Shown: positions 1 through 12,029, numbered from the whole stretch's first letter. The stretch: 63,870 nt of DNA, filler included, from Aduncisulcus paluster (GCA_024181965.1; 5 parts of 5 records of this genome joined end to end with filler, not necessarily neighbours in it), one strand, 5' to 3'. The notes: generated from the letters alone by a model not told the origin. A program made the numbers and translations.

Positions 1-657
1 ATCAAATAAATGGCAATGGATAATAAAACGAGTGATATTGTTTAATCAATTGTTTTGGGGAGAATACACAAATGTCAAACAACAGAATACAAGAGCTCCA
101 ACAGGAAAACAACAAAAAGAGCAACAAACAAAGCAAAATAACAATAGAATACCCATGTCGATGGCATTCACGGATTACAAGATGATTTTATCATTGTAAA
201 TGGGAACTTTGTAATTCGATGTGTTGGCAAATAGGGAGATAATGAAACGGATTTTGAATGTCATTGTCAGGAGTGGACTCACAAGGATGGCATTTAATAT
301 ATGTTCCAAAGAAAATGTTCATATATTTTTATGCATATATTATACGATATTACTTCCTGAGTTTGCCAATCGGGGGTTGTGGGTTTGGTCGTTATCTTTT
401 CTTTCGTTAATAACACATTATATATTTACTATATGTCATATCTGTTGTTAAATACATATTAAGATATATATTAATCATTGTCATCCAAATTCACTGACTA
501 GATCGTGCTGTGTGGTCGTTTCTTGTTCGTGCTTGTTTTTGTCTTTGTTTCTCGGACTGTTCTCCTTGAAATTCGCAATTATTCTGTTTGTTCACAAATA
601 CTATTATTATTCTGCTTGTTTTTATTTTTTTAGATAAGAAATTCTATCGCTATTCAA

Positions 658-1764
658 ATGAGTTCATCCACAGATGCTGTTATTCAAACTGTGCAACCTG
701 AGTATGTTCATGGAGGAGGTTGGACTTGTTGTCCAATTCCCCGAGATTCCCCCAATGTTAAGAATGTAGAGCTTCCAACTATCACGGCAATTAATGGAAC
801 CTTGGAAGAAGGTGAATATGGGTACGATCAGAGTTCTTATGCACAAAAGATGATGAAAGGAGAGTTTAATTTAGGACAATTTACCCATATCTCCATTCCT
901 TTCTCTTCATCTTCCCCAATGAAAGGGGCTTTCATCTGTCTATATGATGTTTATTTAGAATCACCTCCATCACATCTTATCTTCACTCTCACATCTTCAA
1001 AGGGTGAGAAAAGATCCAAGAAATACGAATTTCCTGAATTTCATGGTTTTCATTGGTATTTCCTTCCTGTTGATCTCCCTGATGTTGTTTTGTGTGAGAT
1101 TACAGGGAAAGGAAGAAGGAAAGAGTATTTTGGAATCATCTCCCTTGTTTTCATTAGTAGAGAAGAAAACCCTGAAGAAATCAAATCTCATGAAGCCAGA
1201 GAGAAACTATGGTCTGAAACTCCAGTTGTGAAACCAGAGTTTGTTAAGGAAGGAGATAAAGAATCTAAAGGCAGAGATTCTATTCCCATTCCACATGATG
1301 ACCCAAAGCTTGTTGATCCTTCATTCTCAATGGTTAAGTGCAAGAATGATTCGTATAGTAAGGAATTTGAGAAGTATGATCAGAGTTCAAAAGCACAAGC
1401 AATGTTGAAAGGGGAAGATGATGTATCCTTATCCCATCTTTCCATCCCTTTCCCATCACCTAGTCCCATCGGAGGTGCTTATATATGTGTGAGTAAGTAT
1501 GCCAGTTCACCCTCTCTTCTCTTCACTTTCACTGATTGTGATGGTAAGAAGACATCCAAGAAGTATGAATTCACAGAACCTAAATATTGGTATGAATGGC
1601 ACTTCCTTCCTATTGATTTGGATAATGTTGTGTTATGTGAGATTGAAGGGAGAGGAATGTGGAGGAAGAAGAATAATCGATATTTCTGGATACACTCCCT
1701 TGTATTTACTATGTCAGAGGAAACCATTGCAGCTGAACGATTATCTCTACTTCCATGGAAATAG
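658..1764 (+). CDS. Lineage-specific protein with two tandem ~184-aa beta-rich repeat domains (no signal peptide)
   Basis: 368-aa ORF. The motif H.SIPF.S.SP.+GA+IC...P..L.FT....G.K..KKYEF....W.FLP+DL.+V+.CEI.G+G occurs twice. Clear paralogue at 57331-59738 and relic at 45119-45530. Confidence 0.85.
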   Translation: MSSSTDAVIQTVQPEYVHGGGWTCCPIPRDSPNVKNVELPTITAINGTLEEGEYGYDQSSYAQKMMKGEFNLGQFTHISIPFSSSSPMKGAFICLYDVYLESPPSHLIFTLTSSKGEKRSKKYEFPEFHGFHWYFLPVDLPDVVLCEITGKGRRKEYFGIISLVFISREENPEEIKSHEAREKLWSETPVVKPEFVKEGDKESKGRDSIPIPHDDPKLVDPSFSMVKCKNDSYSKEFEKYDQSSKAQAMLKGEDDVSLSHLSIPFPSPSPIGGAYICVSKYASSPSLLFTFTDCDGKKTSKKYEFTEPKYWYEWHFLPIDLDNVVLCEIEGRGMWRKKNNRYFWIHSLVFTMSEETIAAERLSLLPWK

Positions 1765-2121
1765 AGATTGCTCAAATTTTCTCTTATAAAGTGAAAACAT
1801 TATTTTTGGTTTGTATGTTCATTTTATTATATTATATTTTCTTGATTTGGATTTCAACTTGAAATTTGAAACTATAGAATTAAAATTGAATAGTGGCTTA
1901 GTATTGTTGTTTGATTGCATTTATTTTATTTAATACGATATCATTTTCATTTAATTTATTCAATCAGATTTCTCTGACCTGTTTATGTTTATTCCCTCAA
2001 AATTTAGTTGTAATTTCCAATTGGAAACATGTTCGTTGAGATTATTCAAGAATGTGACAAGTCTGTCGTCGCCAAATTAATGTTATTCAAAATTCTATCT
2101 ATAAGAGTCTTATAAGACCAT

Positions 2122-4798
2122 TTATTCATCCAAGATACTGTCTTCCTCGTCAAATTCCTTGCAATCAATTTTTTTGGCACCAAACGGACAAACATCTGAG
2201 AATTTGCAAGATATTCTCCTGTAAAGTTTTAACATGACAGTATCAGCATGTGTAATGGGGTGGTTAAACGAAGCCTTGAATTTACCATGCATTCCAACAC
2301 TTTCTTGAATAAACCCATACTTTCCATGTTTCGTCGCTAACTCAACTGGCTTATAATACCTTATATCATCAATATCTTGGAACAAATCTCTCACCGTTTG
2401 CAGTCTCTGTCCAACTTTCATGGGATGTCCAGCAACGATGATTCTTCTGATCAAGGGCAAAGAAGGGTTGCATGAATGGATTTTCCCCGTGTAAGTAATA
2501 TCAAGGGGATGACCAGAAGATGTCTCAACACAAGGTGAGGTAGAAGTATCTTCTTGAAATACAAGGACAGGCATGTGGGTCAGAATCATGGGTCCAACGA
2601 ATGACATGATAATGTAACTAATATCATGACGATCAGTACGAAGTTCCTTGTATTTATCGCCACCCAGGTCAGGAGGCACGGATACAATGGGACGACAGTC
2701 AATACACATGAATCCAACCCGGATACGGCATACAGGTCTCTTGTAATTCTCCTCTTTCTCATCCTCAGAGGAAGCTGTGCCATCCTCACCGCTAATGAGA
2801 CTTTTCTGGAGAGCTTTCTTATGAATATAGGCACCTCTTAATTCTTCTTCTTCCTCTCGTTCTTCATCCTCAACTTCCTCGCCATCTTCTCCAAATGTGA
2901 CCTTTCTTCTCTTTTGAACCCGTAGATGCATTACAGTGGGATCGTGTTCAAATTTGAACAGGGAGAACACTGAGAGGGGAAGAGGAGATGAGTTCATGAG
3001 TTCGCACAATACAGAGGCGGATGGAGGAACAGACACATCTGAGGGGGCCATTCCAAACATTTTTGAATAAAACCCATGGAACTTTGATGGATCTACCCTT
3101 AATCTCATCTTGACAACATCTCCAACCCTGATCAATGAATCGTCTGTCTTGTGAATGAGGGAATACTTATTCTGACTTGCAACCATATCTTCCACCCTTC
3201 TTTTGGCGTTGGAATATGATCTAAACTGAGTAAAGCTGGAGAAGATATCGGGAACATCGTTGGCTGGCCATGGAGTTGTTCTGAAACTCTTTAGCCCAAT
3301 GTATTTAGAAAATCTATCTCTCATTGGGATATCAGGAGTATCTACCTCATCAGGATCTATTCTATCGTATATCCATTCATCCTCTCCTTCTTCCTCTTCA
3401 TCCATTCTTGCTATCTCTCCTTCTTCCTCTTCCCCTTCTTCTCCATCAGTCGTCTGCTTGAGTCCACCCTTCTTTCTCTTGAAACTATCTCCGTCAACGG
3501 TCGTGTATAACTCCTCAAATGTCTCAATATGATCAACAACTTCTTCTTCCTCTTCTTTCTCAAAACGAGCCACAGCTTGTTCGGAACTCTGAGAAACAAT
3601 ACTCGCGGCATCACTTGCTGTTGTAGTCGCATTCTTCTTTGTGTTAACAGCAACAGTGGACATGCTCTCGTCCTCTTCTTCACTTGAGACAGAGCCAGCT
3701 AACAGACTTTTGGGAGTGGGTTGGTCAGAGCCCTGTTCATCTTTCAGAGAAGTAGCACCAGCAACAGCTCCTTCTTCCTCTTCCTCAACATTGGATTTTG
3801 AAGAAGACGATGAAGAATGTTGCTTTTTATGAGGGAGAACTTTCTCGATGGCAACACACTCACACATCCCTCCTCCAACAGCACCACAGGCCCACACAGG
3901 ACCGACATCGACTATTCCACCCTGAACAACTCCGACAAAATCAAGGCAATCCTTCGAATCAGTCATTTTGGCACCAAGAACAGAAACTCTGGGCCTACAG
4001 TCAAGCCAAGGGACTTGATGGGATTTGACACTGCATAAATGACGCATGATATTGTTTGAAGCATCAGCCATCAATACAGGGGAATCACTATCGAAGTTAT
4101 ATTTAAAGAAATACGTCATAGCTCGCTTGTTGTGTTTCTGCTGCTTCTTGGTTTCGAGACCAAGATTAGCAAGAACTCCAACGACAGAACAAATGCCTTG
4201 GGCTTTCAAAGCCTTATAGAAACGATCTCCTTCGTCATCAGTACCGCGATAAGCATCAACTATAATGAGGAAAATGTCTGCCGAATAACCGGCGGCCAAG
4301 ACAGCATCAAGATTACGAGGAACAGAATATATGAGCAAATTCTGTTTTTGAGGTTTGTAACGTATCATCCATGGCTTGTTAACAGGCTTTTGAGGGGTAG
4401 CATCATCAGATGATCTCGGCTTCCCAGTAACATCAAGGAAATCAATATTATTAATAGGTTCTTCACAATCAGCAATCAAATGATGTCTGTATTCTTCAGC
4501 ATCAACCGATTCGGACAAAGAAAGGATGGCTATATGCCTAAAAACTTTGGGCTGTCGTTGAGCTCTCTGTTGGCTCTTTAATAGATCTCTTTTTTGCTTA
4601 CTTTTTAATTTTCTTGCATCTTTAGTCAATTGTCGATGAGAACCAAAAGATTTTGACGATATAATCGTCTTATCAACACGACCTAGGATCATATGAAATT
4701 GAAAAAAGGAAAAAAATTAATATTGAGTATAAAATCAATCGTAATACTTATTAAATATGAAAATTATAAAACGTACCTTTCTCCTTTTTCCTCGCCAT
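2122..4798 (-). CDS. TSR1: Pre-rRNA processing protein Tsr1 (BMS1/TSR1 family); exon 1 4777-4798, intron 4683-4776
   Basis: DEVDTP...RDRFSKYIGLKSFRTTPW and the C-terminal motif YYKPVELATKHGKYGFIQESVGMHGKFKASF...DTVMLKLYRR. Splicing GTACGT...CTAG joins MARKKEK in frame to GRVDK. Confidence 0.93.
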
Positions 4799-5064
4799 GC
4801 CGTCAAAAGGAGATTTTACACCAATCATAATGTATACGTTGATATGATGATTTTTCTGAGGTTTTGCCTTATATTTATATTCAAATCATGTATATATAAA
4901 TTGATTCATTGGATGATTAAGGTCTAATCTAAATAGTTAGCCCGTGATGGGACAAAAGAACATGAACCGTCAATTCTTTAAGATATTTTAGATTAATTAA
5001 AATAAACAAATTAAATGACAGTATTATATCTTTTATTCAAAATAAATATTAAGTTTTTACCTGA

Positions 5065-8000
5065 ATGAAGTATCCAACTCCAGATTTTGCCCAATTTGAC
5101 ACAATGCCAATGTCTGATGGCAAAAAACCATCATCAAAAGATGATATGGTTGAATATGTTTTTCAAAAACAACTAGAAAATTTAGATTTATCACAAGTAA
5201 CTGAAGATGATAAAAAACACCCATCATCTGAAAAATCAAGCATTTTATCTGAAAAAGTTTCACATTTTATTCAACAAGATACTATAGAAAGACAAACTAA
5301 ACAAAAAATATCGCAAAATTGGCCAAGGTCTCATGGAAGGCCTTCAGAAGGTAAATATTCAACTAATTCCGTTCGGTTTACATTAACTGATGGGGAAAAA
5401 CGCCTTAAAAAGGCTGTAGAAGCTGCTCATTCACAAATATATCATTCTTCTTCTCGACCCACTCCCTCGAAACCAAAATGTGAGCATCCTCCAAGTCGTC
5501 CTCTCACTCCTCATACCAAACAGTTATATTCATCATCTCATTTTAATCCTTATGCCAGAAAATCATCTTCTATTACTCCAAAAACACCTAGGGCTAAAAG
5601 TAGTAGTGGATTATTTCGAAGACCCAAAAAGGGAAAGAAGAAGGCCAAACAGCCCGACTTTTCAAGTATGCTTATTCAAGGACGCTCGGCGAGTGCGGGC
5701 AGGGTTGCTCCTGGTCTTCGTGGTGGCAGTAGATCTAAGACCCCAATGTCCCTACTTCAGACGATATCTTCTCCCTCATCTCGACTAGGACGTTCCTCAA
5801 CGGCATATTCAAAGCGTATTCCAATGGATTCTGAGTCTAATAACAATTTGTATGATTCGCTTCGCCCATCCACTTCGGGTAGTGCTCAGCGTCGGCGTGC
5901 TATTTCTTCTGGTGGTCGTCCTAACACTGCATCCATGTTCACAGCACATCATAGATCATCCAAATCACGGCATTCTGTTGCAACCAATCCACCCTCGGCG
6001 CCATGTGTTGAAGATGTGGTCATGATGCGTTGTGTCAATCTCCAACAGGGGCAATTTGGAGACAAACGAGAGGTATCTGGACGAGCTCTTGCCCAAGCGT
6101 TTGAGGAATCGTCGATGCCTCCCTTTGCTACGGCTGTGAATATTCTTTCTCAACAGCCTCAGAGTTGCAGTGAGATTGCTGCTATGACTGAAAAACAGAC
6201 ACTTGCATGGGAACGCAGGAGACAGCAATATCTGGACCAATTCCGTGCATCCCAAGGCAAGGATGATTCCTATAATCCTCAGCATATTCCTTCCTCTTCT
6301 GATGCTGCTGGGACTCAATACCACAGTTTTATGGAACGAAGGAGAAACTCTATGCCCGTTGGACTATCTCGCCCTCCATCACATACCCTTGCTTCCGTGC
6401 TTATGAGTGTGTGTGTGAGTGAAAGGGAGCTCAGGGAAAGGGAGGAAAAGGAATGGATCGAACAAGAGTGGAAGAAGCAAGAGATGAAAGAGCAAAAGAA
6501 GAAGAGGAGGAAGAGAAGCGCAGCAAAGAAGAAAGCCAAGGACAAACAACGTCAGCAAGACCTCGAACATCGGCATGCACAACGACTTGCTCTGTACCCA
6601 GATGATAAAATTGACGATCCTTCTCAGCATTCTATTAATAGCACAAGTACTGGAGATTGTCATAATGCTAATACTATCGATTCCTCAGCTCCCTCTTCTT
6701 CGTCTTCCTCTGAAGGAGATGATGATGAGTATTATTCACTCTCTGAAGATGAAGAAGATAGAAGAATTGATGAAGGCTTCATCAAGGGGAAGAAAGGCGG
6801 TAAGAAGAAGAATAGGAATAAGAATAACAAGAAGAAATCCTTGTATCCAACCCCTCATCCTCCTCCTATTACCTCCGATATGCCATCTCTGGCCGCTGCA
6901 AGGAAGTTTGCTGTGACAGGACAAAGTTTGACTCAAACTCTTCGTAATTTCAACACTGTTCCGTATTCAGCCGGTGCTCTAACAGCCCATCCGCAACTTT
7001 CCCAAACATTTATGACGCCACACTCTTTATTAATCAAGAGATTCCCATCTAACCTTCAAGATGATGCCCTCCATCACTCCACTCCTCGCTCAGGTAGCAC
7101 AGGGAGAGAGTCGCCAACGTTATCTCAGCGAAGTGATGGCGGTGGGTCCCCTAATCAGCTTTCTTTCCTTCATGAACACAGTGAATCTCACTCTCAGCAT
7201 TCTGATAGTGATGCCCAGAGGGATAAAGAAGATCAGCAAGGAGTGAGTGGTGTCAGTGACCAACCATCTGAGTTACCTCTGCACTCACACGATGGGGAAC
7301 ATGATGGACATCCTGACCACCAGCTTGGTGAGCAACAGAAAGATCAGAGTATTGTTGGGTCTAGTCACCGGTGGAAAGATTATACAAGTCCTATTGATGT
7401 TGATAGTACAAGTATTTCAGCAAGGGATTACAGTGAAGGATCAATAACAACTCTGACAGATAAGAAACAAGAGACAATGTCATCTTCTTCATCCGTGGAT
7501 AAGACTTTGGACAATCAGGACCCAGGTGAAGAGGAAGAGGAAGAGGAAGAGGAAGAAAGAGTGGATAACATTAATAGTGAAAGAGAGAAAGAAGTGGAAG
7601 AAGTGAAAGAAGAAGATGTTGAAAAAGAGGTCGAAGAGTTAGTTAAAAGTATGTCTGGATCTATTAGACCCATTCAAAATAGTAGTACATCAAATCATAT
7701 GAATATTGTAGTTGAAGAGAGTCCAACAGTTGTTCTCAAACGCCATGCTGAGAATCTTCCTTCAATGAATCCACCCTCCCATATATCATTCACTGCGGCC
7801 CAAGCGGGTGGTAAAGAGAAAGAACAAGACATGAAAGCAATACAGCCTAAGACCCTTCATGAGTATGTCAGCGATGATACGACACACTTGGAAGGAACTG
7901 ATATTCATGGTTCAATGTCCACGATATCTGGCCCAAGAGTACACCCACCTGAAGGTTATGTCAGAAGAAATCCTTCTCCATTCCCTTCCGATGTTTATCA

Positions 8001-10641
8001 TACAAATTCTCCCAACTCGAGACAAGGGGATGTCGATATGGTGACTTCAAGAAGAATGCATGGGACTGTGCTGGTAACACACAAAAAAGGAACGCCTCCT
8101 GTCATGGGGGACCTTGATGAGCTGGAGCAAGAGTATATCATGCATCACGAGCATCGAGAGGACGACCATAAACATCTTCCTGTACCTCCCCTACTTCCTT
8201 CAGCGTCTTTTATCCCTCCTGCTCCTCCTCTTTCCCAAGCTCTGCTCTCAGCTGTTAACGTATACTCTATAACAACTGCTCAGAGACAATCAATCGCTGG
8301 GGAGGAAGAAATGGTGGCTGGAGATGTGACTTCACTCTCCGAATATGGGCTTAGAGTTCCTTCAAGAGTTAGGAGACAAACAGGTGTTCCAGGAGGGATC
8401 ATGGGTTCTGGATATGACATTCTCGACAGTGTGCTCCACAAACCACGTCCAGGGACAGCGCCAACGAAGCTTCAACACCGCCGTGACCCGAGAAGACCTG
8501 TGTCTGGTGGTGCACAACCTTCTTCTTCTGAACTGTTGGCAGAACCCCATAATACCGCTTTAGATACCGGAGTTCAAGATTGTCCCAATGATGAGAATGA
8601 TGATATTCTGGGTGGAATGACATTGAATGTTGGAGAATGTTGTGATGATGGATTGTTCCTCACTGCTCTTGGATCTGGAATGAACATGAGGAAATTTGAC
8701 ACCGATTCACAAACTTGTTCTTCGGCTTCTACTATTCCTCAAGCTAGGAAACTCCCTCCTTCTCTCCCTTCGAAAACACACGTCATACATCAAGAACCCA
8801 AGGCTGAAGCTGTTTCTCAGGCAGATTCTGCCATTCGCAATGCCATTCAAGATCAGATTAAAGAATTGCAGAAAGGTGAGAAACAAGAAGAGGACAATAG
8901 AGATGAAGCCCTCGAACCTCCACTTGAAGAGGAAGAAGGAGGAGAGGAAGAGGGAGAGAAGGAAGGACAGGTCATATCAGGAGTTGGACTTCAACCCCAC
9001 CCCCCTGCAGCATTGCCTCCTCAGCATCCTCGTCGAGCTGTGACTGCTGAAGGAGGAAGTCGACGTGCTCCTGTGAGTTTCTCACGTGGACGTAATTATA
9101 TCCGACCATCCACCACTTCTTCTCCTGGCTCACGACAGATCCATGGCACTGACATTACATCTGCTGAGTCTCCGCGTGATCAAATGATGCATATCGGTCC
9201 AGATGGAAGAGCATCAATGTTATCCACGTCACTCTCAACTTTCTCTTCCTCTTCCGGATCTTCTTCTTCCTCACTCTCTTCATTCAGACCCTCATCCTCT
9301 GCACGTAGACCTGCCACAGCCTTCCCACAATCACTCCAAGGTACAATTAAGAGTGTATTTGGGAATGTTGGCGATGAGTTCTCTGCTGTTGCTTCTGCCA
9401 TATCTTCCTCCTCTTCGTCGTCCGCTCTCTTCCACCCAACTGCCACTGCTTCTCTTCGCCCACATCAATATAATAATAATAATTCTAATAATAGACCTTC
9501 AACCACTGGTGGGTACATCGGTGTGAGTTCGATGCTGCCTCCTCGTAGCGTCAGTGTGAGTTCGACTGCCTCCAAGTCCCTATGGAGAGCCGTGAGGTCT
9601 GGCTGTGATGTGTTCAAACCGCCTGATGAACGCGCATTCTTCGAAAGGAGACCTCAGACCAGTATTATTGCCGAGCGATTGAAGGACTTGAACAATAATT
9701 TCAATGATACTGCACCTCTCTTGGGAACTTTACCTTCCCATATGTTTGATTCTCCTTCATGTTCCAAGCAGAAAAAGGGATCCTCTTCCTCTTCTTCCGC
9801 CTCTTCCTCTGCTTCTTCCTTTGGAGCGTATGTCAGATCTAAGAGTGCTTCTCTCCCTCGCTCATCGATGAAATTGCCTTCAAGGAACTCACCTGGCCAC
9901 AGAACCTCGTTCAATGTCAATGGGAATCCATCAGAAAGCATTGATTCAATTCGTGAGCGTGCTGCAAGTGCTTTTATGGACCGTCATTCCAAATCGTCCT
10001 CGAGGAAGCAAGATCATTCCGGTCATGGAGCCTTTCTTCTCACCGATATTGAGAAAGAGAAGTTCCAGAAGGATCGTGAAGAACGAATCAAACGTTTATC
10101 GCGACCTAAACACATTACAACGGGTACATCTTTGGCCTCAGCAGGAGCAGCAATGAGATCTCAATCAGTTCCAAAGAAACGGAGTAGCACTGGTTCTAAA
10201 AATAGAACTATTTCGAGGAATAATTCGTTATTGCGACCAAGTGAGGAGGAAGATGAGATGAAGATGGCCATTTTGAAAGAATTACGCGAGGAAGCCATGA
10301 AGAAACTTGAAGAAGAGAGGAAACAGCAGCGTATCAAGGAACTCAAGCGCGAGAAGCTTGCCAAACAGCTTATTTTAGGTCCTTCCAGTGAACCTCACCC
10401 GCCAACGGTTGCTTTTAAAGGTCGTTATGATAGGAAAGGATGTAGAATATTGCATGATGGAAGAGTTATAAATCCCCCAAGCGTTAGACCCAGTAGAACA
10501 ACGTGTAAGTACGTTTTGGATGAGGCTAGGATGAAAGGAGAGACAATTGTTGTACTTTCGGCCCCTCCTGCTGATAAACTTGACGATTCCGTCAGTATGA
10601 ATGACTTTATCAAGTATAGGAAAGTGTTGTCTGCAAAATAA
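5065..10641 (+). CDS. Large (1858 aa) Ser/Pro-rich disordered protein with short coiled coils; unknown function, possibly ciliary or cytoskeletal
   Basis: Uninterrupted 5.6-kb ORF. Recurrent RP[SNGA]T[AST] motifs and a RIKRLSRPK motif. No recognisable globular domain. Confidence 0.75.
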   Translation: MKYPTPDFAQFDTMPMSDGKKPSSKDDMVEYVFQKQLENLDLSQVTEDDKKHPSSEKSSILSEKVSHFIQQDTIERQTKQKISQNWPRSHGRPSEGKYSTNSVRFTLTDGEKRLKKAVEAAHSQIYHSSSRPTPSKPKCEHPPSRPLTPHTKQLYSSSHFNPYARKSSSITPKTPRAKSSSGLFRRPKKGKKKAKQPDFSSMLIQGRSASAGRVAPGLRGGSRSKTPMSLLQTISSPSSRLGRSSTAYSKRIPMDSESNNNLYDSLRPSTSGSAQRRRAISSGGRPNTASMFTAHHRSSKSRHSVATNPPSAPCVEDVVMMRCVNLQQGQFGDKREVSGRALAQAFEESSMPPFATAVNILSQQPQSCSEIAAMTEKQTLAWERRRQQYLDQFRASQGKDDSYNPQHIPSSSDAAGTQYHSFMERRRNSMPVGLSRPPSHTLASVLMSVCVSERELREREEKEWIEQEWKKQEMKEQKKKRRKRSAAKKKAKDKQRQQDLEHRHAQRLALYPDDKIDDPSQHSINSTSTGDCHNANTIDSSAPSSSSSSEGDDDEYYSLSEDEEDRRIDEGFIKGKKGGKKKNRNKNNKKKSLYPTPHPPPITSDMPSLAAARKFAVTGQSLTQTLRNFNTVPYSAGALTAHPQLSQTFMTPHSLLIKRFPSNLQDDALHHSTPRSGSTGRESPTLSQRSDGGGSPNQLSFLHEHSESHSQHSDSDAQRDKEDQQGVSGVSDQPSELPLHSHDGEHDGHPDHQLGEQQKDQSIVGSSHRWKDYTSPIDVDSTSISARDYSEGSITTLTDKKQETMSSSSSVDKTLDNQDPGEEEEEEEEEERVDNINSEREKEVEEVKEEDVEKEVEELVKSMSGSIRPIQNSSTSNHMNIVVEESPTVVLKRHAENLPSMNPPSHISFTAAQAGGKEKEQDMKAIQPKTLHEYVSDDTTHLEGTDIHGSMSTISGPRVHPPEGYVRRNPSPFPSDVYHTNSPNSRQGDVDMVTSRRMHGTVLVTHKKGTPPVMGDLDELEQEYIMHHEHREDDHKHLPVPPLLPSASFIPPAPPLSQALLSAVNVYSITTAQRQSIAGEEEMVAGDVTSLSEYGLRVPSRVRRQTGVPGGIMGSGYDILDSVLHKPRPGTAPTKLQHRRDPRRPVSGGAQPSSSELLAEPHNTALDTGVQDCPNDENDDILGGMTLNVGECCDDGLFLTALGSGMNMRKFDTDSQTCSSASTIPQARKLPPSLPSKTHVIHQEPKAEAVSQADSAIRNAIQDQIKELQKGEKQEEDNRDEALEPPLEEEEGGEEEGEKEGQVISGVGLQPHPPAALPPQHPRRAVTAEGGSRRAPVSFSRGRNYIRPSTTSSPGSRQIHGTDITSAESPRDQMMHIGPDGRASMLSTSLSTFSSSSGSSSSSLSSFRPSSSARRPATAFPQSLQGTIKSVFGNVGDEFSAVASAISSSSSSSALFHPTATASLRPHQYNNNNSNNRPSTTGGYIGVSSMLPPRSVSVSSTASKSLWRAVRSGCDVFKPPDERAFFERRPQTSIIAERLKDLNNNFNDTAPLLGTLPSHMFDSPSCSKQKKGSSSSSSASSSASSFGAYVRSKSASLPRSSMKLPSRNSPGHRTSFNVNGNPSESIDSIRERAASAFMDRHSKSSSRKQDHSGHGAFLLTDIEKEKFQKDREERIKRLSRPKHITTGTSLASAGAAMRSQSVPKKRSSTGSKNRTISRNNSLLRPSEEEDEMKMAILKELREEAMKKLEEERKQQRIKELKREKLAKQLILGPSSEPHPPTVAFKGRYDRKGCRILHDGRVINPPSVRPSRTTCKYVLDEARMKGETIVVLSAPPADKLDDSVSMNDFIKYRKVLSAK

Positions 10642-11088
10642 TGCCAAGATAACAATTTAATTTTAGAAGGAGAAAAAGGTCAGAGAGAGGCTTTTGAATG
10701 AATTATATCTTGTTCGCTTTAAAGGATATTGTTGGGAGACGTTGATTCTTTTTGATGTATTATTGTATTCCTGCAAAAATTCGAGCTCATGTATCATAAT
10801 TTTCTAGTTTATTGTTCATGTTTCACGAAATAAGTAAGAAAATGTGATCTTTATATAAAGTATTCATTGAAGCTTGTTCAACAAGTGCCTTAGTATTCAA
10901 CTTGAAGTTAGTCTTATTCCTTGTTGAATCAATACAAATATATCCTTTTAACAGGATTTTATTCAAAAAGAGATTTTATAGTAAACATTTGTCATTATTT
11001 TTATCGATTTCACTTCTTTTGTTGCGGATGAATTCTTCATCTTGAAACGCAGCGAGAATATCGCTGCGAGATTTCTGTTTTTTCGTCG

Positions 11089-11580
11089 ATGGAATTTCCT
11101 TTAATAATGTCAACCGATACAACAACTGAATTTAGATGTAAATGCCCCCTTCCTAAGTGGATAATAGTTGTATATTTCCTTGTCCAGGCTGGAATGCTTG
11201 TGTCTGGTATTTTTTCATTCTTTGTGGTGTATGAGTTACATATTATGACTGCCATTACTCTTATATTAACAGTAATTGGGTTTATTTGTATGCTATGTGT
11301 TGTACCTATAAGTGTTTTGTGTGATGCTATTCCTGAAGGTGGCGTTAACTTTAAGTTTTTGATTTGGAGGAAGAAATGCTATAAATATTCTGATATTCTC
11401 AAAATTGAACCTGGTCGTGGAAAATTCAACATTGTTGGAATGAAGAAAGTGAATTATAGTCTCGATTGGAATAGGACTGTCAATATCTTTCTCACAGATA
11501 AATGGGTCGTGTCATATGCTGTAGAGATGCCCGAGGAGATGATTAAATATGTCTCTGCCCATATTTCTAAGGATCTTTGA
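11089..11580 (+). CDS. Small membrane protein: two TM helices followed by a short PH-like beta region
   Basis: 163-aa ORF with two hydrophobic stretches (WIIVVYFLVQAGMLVSGIFSFFVV; AITLILTVIGFICMLCVV), then GVNFKF...YKYSDILKIE. Confidence 0.65.
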   Translation: MEFPLIMSTDTTTEFRCKCPLPKWIIVVYFLVQAGMLVSGIFSFFVVYELHIMTAITLILTVIGFICMLCVVPISVLCDAIPEGGVNFKFLIWRKKCYKYSDILKIEPGRGKFNIVGMKKVNYSLDWNRTVNIFLTDKWVVSYAVEMPEEMIKYVSAHISKDL

Positions 11581-12029
11581 TTTACCTATTGATTTTGAAA
11601 CTAACATTTCCTGTTTGTTTTTTAGTGTATTATTTCGACGATATCTGATTTATTCGATATCTATTTCTTTATAAACAAATTATTTTTAGATCCTAATGTT
11701 CGTTTATGAGTGTTCGATTCATCAATTTCAATGAATATGCAACAAATCCAAAAAAGAAGCATTTATTTCATTTCATGATCCAAAAAAATAAATAAAAGAT
11801 CAATTTGAATTGCAATAAAAACTCTATTGTCTATTATTAATGTTGTCAATAGTTGGATTGCAAGGAATTAATGAATGAGAACGAACCAATTAAAATCTGA
11901 GACCATCAAGTCGAATAAGTTGGATCATATTAATTCAATATTTCGACAATAATGATATTAATAGGAAAAAAAAGGGGATTATTGGTTCAAAAACTGAGAA
12001 ACTTCTTCAACAACGAGTGAAAATAAGAA

